DNA of 64,000 bases from Eledone cirrhosa (lineage: Eukaryota), in contig OZ024741.1 in the NCBI GenBank assembly GCA_964016885.1, forward strand, positions 53,630,001 through 53,694,000. The letters run 5' to 3'. The notes beneath the pieces were generated by a model, which did no database searches, was not told where the DNA came from, and was given only the letters and a program-made list of their open reading frames with translations. This document shows positions 55,305 to 64,000 of the stretch, piece by piece (the stretch's first letter is position 1; each line of letters opens with the position of its first letter). A program made the position numbers and the translations under genes.

Positions 55305-55899
55305 GAAACAGTTTTGACTCGAATACTGGACTAGTACTTCTTTTATCGACCTCGAATAGATGAAACGCAAAGTTGAAATTGCCGAAACAGATGCCGCAAA
55401 TCTATCTAACGTTATATCGTCTCTGTCAATTTCCGACCTCATTATGATAATATTTGTCACCTGATCGTGGACTCCATTTTACACCAACATAGTGATTCTC
55501 CTATCTCTAATCTGGCAAGTAATGATAAGACCGAAGCGTCACAAGAATTGCCGTCTATGGTTGCCAAATAAGATTAAAATAATATTAGTTACTTTTCGCG
55601 ACATATGTATTGTTAATTAAATAGATGTCCCTCTCCTACCATAGTGTAAAGTGAGACTAATTAATGGATATAACCTAGTTGTCCAATCAACCAAGGCCGA
55701 CACGCATACATTCAACACAGACACAAGATTGCCGTTGTCAAATTTAACAAATAAAACAAAGAACTGTAATTATTTAGTAAAATTATATTAACAAAATTAA
55801 CAAAGAGAAGGAAAAATTCAATACTTCATAAATTATATACATGCCATATTTAATAAAAAGAAATCACACACTAAAGAATATACAAATTAATAATAATTG

Positions 55900-56078
55900 T
55901 TTCTACTTTAGGCACAAGGCCAGCAATTACCCAGTGCATTACTGGTACTTTATTTTATCGACCCCATAAGGATGAAACGCAAAGTCAACCTCGGCGGGAT
56001 TTGAACTCAGATCGTAAAGGGACGTAACTATGCTGGAAAGCATGGTGTCCGACCTTCTACCGATACTGCCAATCCACA
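55900..56078 (-). mobile_element. tRNA-derived SINE
   Basis: Same family as 5351-5530. Confidence 0.85.
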
Positions 56079-56326
56079 TTAACAAAAATAATTATTAAAC
56101 TAATACTACTAAGCCACCGTTGGTTTATAATGTAAATGTTTAGCTTGTTTGTGCAGCTAAACCACTAGGTATAAACAGAATAAAACATCTGTTATTAATG
56201 GTCAATGTTTACCTCAAAATTTCGTCGATAATATACAGACTATATTGAGTATTGAGAAATTAGCATCGCCAAATAGAATATACATCTATCTTTAACTATC
56301 TATAAAACTATACCTTTACATGTATG

Positions 56327-56427
<101 letters not shown>

Positions 56428-56458
56428 CAGTAATCAAAGTTCAGTTTAAGTCATTTAT

Positions 56459-56507
56459 TTGCTTACAATTGTTTCCTCCAAACCGAGGTTTGGATTCTTC
56501 GGAGCAA
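56459..56507 (-). ncRNA. Type I hammerhead (CCGAAGA core variant), inverted arm
   Basis: Reverse complement of 61463-61511. Confidence 0.75.
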
Positions 56508-57442
56508 CTATTTATAACATACTTGACCTCCTTTTCAACCCAAGAGACACATAAAACATATGCGCATATTGATCAACAGTGGGGTGACATTCATCAAATG
56601 ATATAGCATGGCAATTTACATATAAAGGTTACAGGATAAAAATAAAATAAAAACAAGAGTGAAAATAAGAGTGAAAATAAAGATAAACATGAAGCGTTGG
56701 CAGTCTATGAAGATAAAGCAAGAGGAAAGCTTAGAGTAGTCAGTGTATGAAACAATCTCCCGTGTAGCATGCACGCGTGTCTTATCTATACATGATTAGA
56801 GTGCGTCAGAATGATATTTGCAGGGTCAGGCAGTTGAAGCTGGTAATCGATCTTATTATGTAGGTTGAATTATTAAGTCATTTATTCTCATACATCTGTA
56901 TGATATACAGTCTCGGATGCGGGGAAACACCAAAATATCAAAAACCTTCAACATACTATAAACCTTATTGTATCGTAGGCAAGGCCGTACCACTGTCCTT
57001 GCTCACACCACCACTCACATAATCCATGAGACGTAATATATATAGAGAGAACACGCGTCTATTGTATAATTCGCGGTGGTTCAGCATATAGTCAAGCTAT
57101 AAACCGTATCCAGTCGGTTCTTAATTAATATATCATGCTGTCCAGATTCCGCAAGTGCCTGAATGACTAAGGGGAATTAATGCGTAAGGGGAGGTAACTA
57201 GCTAGTTATCTTAGTTACATTACTATGCTAAACTACATTAATGGTGATTCAAATACGTGCCTATCATGTGAAGTTATAACTAATATCTAGAGTATGTTAC
57301 CCATTTATAGGTTAGAGAGTTGTCCATTGAGAAGTACAAGGCTGTATATATTAAGATGATTACCATCCATTAATACTAATTACCATCCTTAATACTAATA
57401 ACTGCTCCATTTTGTTGAGCTGATATACCATAAATTACCAGC

Positions 57443-59926
57443 ATGCTGATCAAAGACCAACTCCCTATGTCAACCAAGAACATACCTTTACCAACCAAAA
57501 ATACATATGAAAAGTTGTTGATCAACAGTGTAAACTCCTTTATCAATAGAGTGAGATGGAGGACATTCCATTATGATAGAAACAAATCTGGCAAGGATAA
57601 TAACACCAACAAATTTGACTCCTTCGGCTTTAAAACATTTAGAAGCCCCCCTCATAACACACTACTAAACCTCTTCGAAAACGACCTAATTAAACTAGTT
57701 AAAAACATTAAATACAAAAAACACCATAATAAAAACAACACCTTCTTAAACAAACTTAGCACCTCTATTAATGACTTCAAAACTAGTAGTAACATTTTTG
57801 TACATGCCGATAAAACTAATAACATATACAGCCTAGATTATAATACGTATAGAAAGTTTATATATAATGAACTACATAAAAGCTACAAGAAAACCACTAT
57901 GAAAAACTTAGAAGATATTAATATGGAAGGCTATAATATAGTATCCAAACTAGGGCTCCAGAGACATACACAACCTTACACCCCAAACCCCCCTAGATTC
58001 TCTCTGAAGGACCATAAGGTAGACTTCATTAGCAACCCCTCGATTAGACTAATCTGCCCCTCCAGATCTGACATTGGCATTATCAGTAAACAAATCCTAG
58101 ACAAAATCATCCCACAGATTAAACACAAGATTTACCTTAAGCAATGGGGAAATACGGGTGAAGTGATTGAATGGTTCAAAAATATCATAGATAACAAGGA
58201 TAACAAATTTATTCAATTTGACATCAACTCTTACTACACCTCTATTTCCCCTATCCTACTAAATAAGGCACTTATAATGGCCATGGACAATAGTGACTTG
58301 ACTAGACCCCAGATTGATGTAATACTTGCGGCCCGTAAAACAATAATCACCTTTGAGGACCAATTATGGACCCGCAAGGATACGCAAAACAACTTCGACA
58401 TTGCTATGGGGTCTAGTGACTCGGCGCAGGTCACTGATTTGGTTGGCCTATACTTACTTAACCTAATCCACAGGGAACTTCCGTACCTCAGCGGTGGTTT
58501 GTATCGCGACGATGCACTTCTACTTATAAACTATAAAAAATTCAATATAGAAAGGACTAGAAAACTATTGCACAAAACATTCAAAAACTTTAACCTTAGT
58601 ATTACCATGGACAAAAACACCAAAAACGTCAACTTCCTAGACGCCACACTCTACCTAGACTCATTGATATATGCACCTTTCCACAAACCTAATGAACAAC
58701 TCATCTACGTAGATACCAAGTCTAACCACCCTAAATCTATATTGAACTCTATCTCTAAGGGAGTATCTAATAGAATCTCTAGTCTATCATATGACATAAA
58801 CACATTTAACAATAACTCGCAGTATTATAATCAGGCATTAGCTAGATCAGGCCATAATACAGGGATAGAGTTCCTACCTACAAAAACACATAGCTACAAC
58901 ATCATTTCACACAACATGTCCATGGGAAAATTTAATAATAGGAATAGAAACCGCACACACACTAATAGGGATTGTAACAACAAGAGTAACCAGCACCACA
59001 GAAATGACCATAGGAACATTAAAGGAAACAAATCACCAGACATAAAAAACAGAAATAGAAGAAGAAATGATACATTTTTCAACCCTCCTTTCAATTTAAA
59101 CGTCTCTACCAACCTTCCTAGGGCTTTCTTCTCACTACTAGATAAACACTTCCCATCCGGCCACAAGTACCACGGCCTTTTAAACAAAAACACTATTAAG
59201 ATCTCATACTCTACTACGCCTAACTTAGCATACCACATAGCTAGTACAAATAAAAGAAAAATTAATTCTTACTTCCAACAAACTAAATCACGACGGTCAA
59301 TAAACCTTCAAAATAACATTCAAAATAACAGTCAAAGTAACATTATAACAATTAACCGTAATATCAAGGGAAATAATAGTAATAGCACTAGTGTAAACAT
59401 TAACGCTGCGTACCACAACCCGCATAACCATAACCCTATAGCTAACATCCAAACTTCTACACAGCATAGTAACCGGCAGACTAGCACCCAGAATAATTGT
59501 AACTGTAGATCAAGCAGAACCTGCCCTTTAGATAAAAAATGCTTAACCAAGGATATCATATACTCATGCACAGTCACAACTAACAGCTCTTCTGAAACCT
59601 ACATAGGCTCTACTTCTAACTGCTTCAAAACTAGATACAATTCGCACCTCCACTCTTTCAAAAATCACAGTCTAGTCAACTCCACTTCACTATCTAGCTA
59701 CATACACTATCTAAAAACTAAAAATAAAATATATACACTTAAATAGGAAGTGGTAGGTAGTGCAACATCGTACAAACCACCTGATAAATTTTGTAACCTC
59801 TGTCTACTAGAGACCCATACTATCATCTTCTCTAAACATAATCTCCTTAATAAAAAATCAGAAGTGTTCGCAAATTGCCAACACCGCTTCCGACACTCGT
59901 TCCAAAACTTTAAACCCTATATATAA
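57443..59926 (+). CDS. PLE RT + GIY-YIG endonuclease; one in-frame TAG at 59744-59746, frame continues 59 aa
   Basis: KNIPLP, ADKT, SLKDHK, IRLICP, FDINSYYTSI, FDIAMGSSDSA, LYRDD, VNFLD, SNHP, CNC..CPL..C, IIY..YIGST..FKTRYNSH. After the stop: CNLCLLE..LLNKKSE..CQH. Confidence 0.88.
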
Positions 59927-61462
59927 TAATGTCAGACTGGAACCGGCACCACCCCTAGCAATTAACATCAGTAGCACGCCTTACACCTCACATCCACACC
60001 CATCTCTATACTCTAAAGATAATACTGACAGAATCTTAGTACCACCTACCCTGGGAATACCCCCTTGTACCTCTAATACTGATATCTTGACCGTGGACTA
60101 CTTATTCTGCATTGCACAAATATAAGATTAGTATAAATTGGGGACACGGTACTGGTTGCGATAGCATAGTCCTGTGCATGGACTACCACCAAGAGATAGA
60201 TTGATGATTAGATAGATAATCGTATTGTTAAGTGATTATATACTGTAAGCGATCAGTTCAATGAATTATGCACGTAATCATCTTGATGTGAACTCCTTTA
60301 GTACCTATTAATAGACTCCACTCTAGCTTGTAGATGTGATACATAATTGATTTATATTTGAGACGGGGGTTGTCTATTGCTTGATGGCCAGACTAGTGCA
60401 TTTATATGAGAGATTGGATCTCCGGACCATACCGAAGATTTACTGGAGATGCAGGCATGCAATGGCCCGGAGCCTACCGGGTGGCATATATAATAGTGGG
60501 ACCATACCAGGTCCTACTGTTATATTACATTTGCATGGAGCAGTGACTTGAGAGTCTGACTCCTCTTATAGAACGTTCAGATATGACACCCCTTAATTAA
60601 TGGATGGTAATCATCCTAATATATACACCCTTGTACTTCTCAATGGACAACTCTCTAACCTATAAATGGGTAACATACTCTAGATATTAGTTATAACTTC
60701 ACATGATAGGCACATATTTGAATCACCATTAATGTAGTTTAGCATAGTAATGTAACTAAGATAACTAGCTAGTTACCTCCCCTTACGCATTAATTCCCCT
60801 TAGTCATTCAGGCACTTGCGGAATCTGGACAGCATGATATATTAATTAAGAACCGACTGGATACGGTTTATAGCTTGACTATATGCTGAACCACCGCGAA
60901 TTATACAATAGACGCGTGTTCTCTCTATATATATTGCGTCTCATGGATTATGTGAGTGGTGGTGTGAGCAAGGACAGTCGTACGGCCTTGCCTACGATAC
61001 AATAAGGTTTATAGTATGTTGAAGGTTTTTGATATTTTGGTGTTTCCCCGCATCCGAGACTGTATATCATACAGATGTATGAGAATAAATGACTTAATAA
61101 TTCAGCCTACATAATAAGATCGATTGCCAGCTTCAACTGCCTGACCCTGCAAATATCATTCTGACGCACTCTAATCATGTATAGATAAGACACGCGTGCA
61201 TGCTACACGGGAGATTGTTTCATACACTGACTACTCTAAGCTTTCCTCTTGCTTTATCTTCATAGACTGCCAACGCTTCATGTTTATCTTTATTTTCACT
61301 CTTATTTTCACTCTTGTTTTTATTTTATTTTTATCCTGTAACCTTTATATGTAAATTGCCATGCTATATCATTTGATGAATGTCACCCCACTGTTGATCA
61401 ATATGCGCATATGTTTTATGTGTCTCTTGGGTTGAAAAGGAGGTCAAGTATGTTATAAATAG

Positions 61463-61511
61463 TTGCTCCGAAGAATCCAAACCTCGGTTTGGAGGAAACA
61501 ATTGTAAGCAA
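61463..61511 (+). ncRNA. Type I hammerhead (CCGAAGA core variant) in PLE 3' pLTR
   Basis: TTGCT CCGAAGA A TCCAAACC-TC-GGTTTGGA G GAAA CAATTG TA AGCAA. Confidence 0.75.
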
Positions 61512-61716
61512 ATAAATGACTTAAACTGAACTTTGATTACTGTAATCTCTATATAACTGCTCTGTAAAACAACTGATGTTATTACATTGAGCTATTTATC
61601 TTACTGGTAATAGGATAGTAATTATTGACTATCTCTCACTATTTAGGGTTTGTGTATATATAATATATTACCATTAAAGGTTTTATTGCATACATAACCA
61701 TAAATAGTACCCTTAA

Positions 61717-61774
<58 letters not shown>

Positions 61775-61786
61775 TTATATATATTT

Positions 61787-62026
61787 ATTTTGCGAGGTTT
61801 TTGACATGAAATCGTGTGTCGAAACAAATATTGTTATACTTGGGGAGGGTCATTCATATTGTTGTAATAATATTGCCTGTATTTTTGACCGTTGGACAGT
61901 CAATGCTAAACATTGAGGACCGAATGAATTAACTGATATAAAAGATACAGAAGCGAAAACCAACCAAAGAGTGAGTGTGTTCTGTTATTAATTCTGGCAA
62001 TATTATTACAACAATATGACCCTCCC
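61787..62026. mobile_element. Short fold-back derivative of the 26-28.8 kb PLE 3' end
   Basis: Reverse then forward pieces of 28615-28830. (TA)n flanks. Confidence 0.8.
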
Positions 62027-62055
62027 TATGTATATATATATATATATATATATAT

Positions 62056-62371
62056 GGTAAATTTCTTTAAGTCGTTTGGAAGCCTCGACATTGCAAATGG
62101 GTAAATCTCCGGGTAACAAGATCCGGTGGTGGAGAGAGAGATGTAAGTGGGTGTACGTTGAGATGCGTGGCGTGTATAAGACGCCTTTTCCTTCATTCCT
62201 CTACACGTCTTATACACGCCACGCATCTCAACGTACACCCACTTACATCTCTCTCTCCACCACCGGATCTTGTTACCCGGAGATTTACCCATTTGCATTG
62301 TCGAGGCTTCCAAACGACTTAAAGAAATTTACCTTATTATTCAACAATGCTTCAAGCAAACTTCAATACTC

Positions 62372-62376
<5 letters not shown>
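62056..62376. repeat. Palindromic (TA)n-flanked element family G; single-arm copy at 2790-2985
   Basis: 62056-62182 is the reverse complement of ~62203-62333. Confidence 0.85.
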
Positions 62377-62417
<41 letters not shown>

Positions 62418-62733
62418 GTATTTATATATGTAAGTATACAGCCGCGACAGACCAAGATCTTTACGAAACACCATTCACATACACAGACTAACTATCACAC
62501 AAAATTACTCAACAAGTTGTATACGCGTGCGCATATATAATTATGTATGTGTATGAATGTACGTATATGTATAGGTATGCCTAAACAATCCACAGACACA
62601 CGCACAGAAAAATAAAGCGATTAAATTTTAGGCACACAAATGGCACACAAATATATTCGAGTCGTGAGATAGTTGAGAAAAATGCCACGGTAAATATAGT
62701 GAGCACCTCTCTCACTCTATCTCCCCCTCACTA

Positions 62734-62869
<136 letters not shown>

Positions 62870-62983
62870 TATATATGAAATGTATACAACTCTGGAATAC
62901 AACCCGACACGAAACAGACCATTGTAACAGCATCAAATGCTTAGTCCAGCGAACCCCTTGTAACTATCGTTACGCACTTACCT

Positions 62984-63052
<69 letters not shown>

Positions 63053-63129
63053 CTGGTATAATTCTAATCTCTGTCACTGTTTCCCTCCTCTCTAAATATA
63101 TTTATATGCATATGTATACATACATATAC

Positions 63130-63219
<90 letters not shown>

Positions 63220-63381
63220 TCTACTCTGTATGAATATTGAGTGCTAATTTTGGCATACCGCCTATGGAAGCAGCATAGCTACCATCATACACAAGTATAT
63301 ATATATATATATATATATAGATATATATGTACATGTGTGTATATGTATATATATATATATAGATATATATGTACATGTGTG

Positions 63382-63509
<128 letters not shown>

Positions 63510-64000
63510 CATATACACACATGTACATATATATCTGTGTGTGTGTGAGTCTGTCTGAGAGAGAGAGTGAGAGAGAGTGAGAGAGAGAGGGTTACTGGAA
63601 GAGCAGAAGAACATTAAGTATGTACGTGTAGTTTATAGGTAAGACAGATACTTAGAATCGATATAGATTATCTATATAATCTCTATAAATATATAGTGGA
63701 ATACGTTCTGTTCATAAATGATTTCAGCAAAGAGAAGAAACAGACGAATTTGAGATTCCTAAAAGACCATTAGAAGAATATGATGATGGAAAACTTATTG
63801 ATTAATGTATTTGTTTTAACAAACAGGAATTATCATTCCATTACTCAAAAGTAGAAATCTGGTGGTCATTACTGAACAATATTTACTACGTATAGAGACC
63901 TGGTCACACAAGAATTTGTATATATATATATATATGAAAATTAGAATTGGTGCTCATACAGTGTATTGCAAAATCACTATATATACATTCATATATATAT

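Noticed and set aside
59744-59746. Selenocysteine recoding as in Naiad PLEs
   Set aside because: The codon is TAG, not TGA, sits at a Trp-type position, and the element has C-terminal EN order.

Overview
Eukaryotic, repeat-saturated DNA with no recognisable host gene. The extreme (TA)n/(CA)n/(TATC)n density and the SINE types suggest an octopus-like cephalopod genome, which is inference. Coding content is retroelement only: a stack of Tx1/L1-type LINEs in (TATC)n (33.3-42.8 kb), two older Tx1 relics, two Penelope-like elements (PLEs; RT + GIY-YIG) and a PLE 3' fragment. There are also tRNA-derived SINEs and two non-autonomous Helitron-like elements. The most interesting signal is a dense population of minimal type I hammerhead ribozyme (HHR) motifs in non-coding elements. 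The main one is a 4.4 kb array of near-identical 466-bp units (42774-47138), each full unit carrying an intact HHR preceded by octamer/PSE-like/TATA motifs. It has an internal inversion and is bracketed by a 12-bp target-site duplication, i.e. a candidate retrozyme concatemer inserted in one event. A second 483-bp HHR repeat and several other HHR families share the same divergent fold-back geometry inside (TA)n, as does the full-length PLE with its ~950-bp inverted arm. Most short ORFs in the track are microsatellite artefacts.
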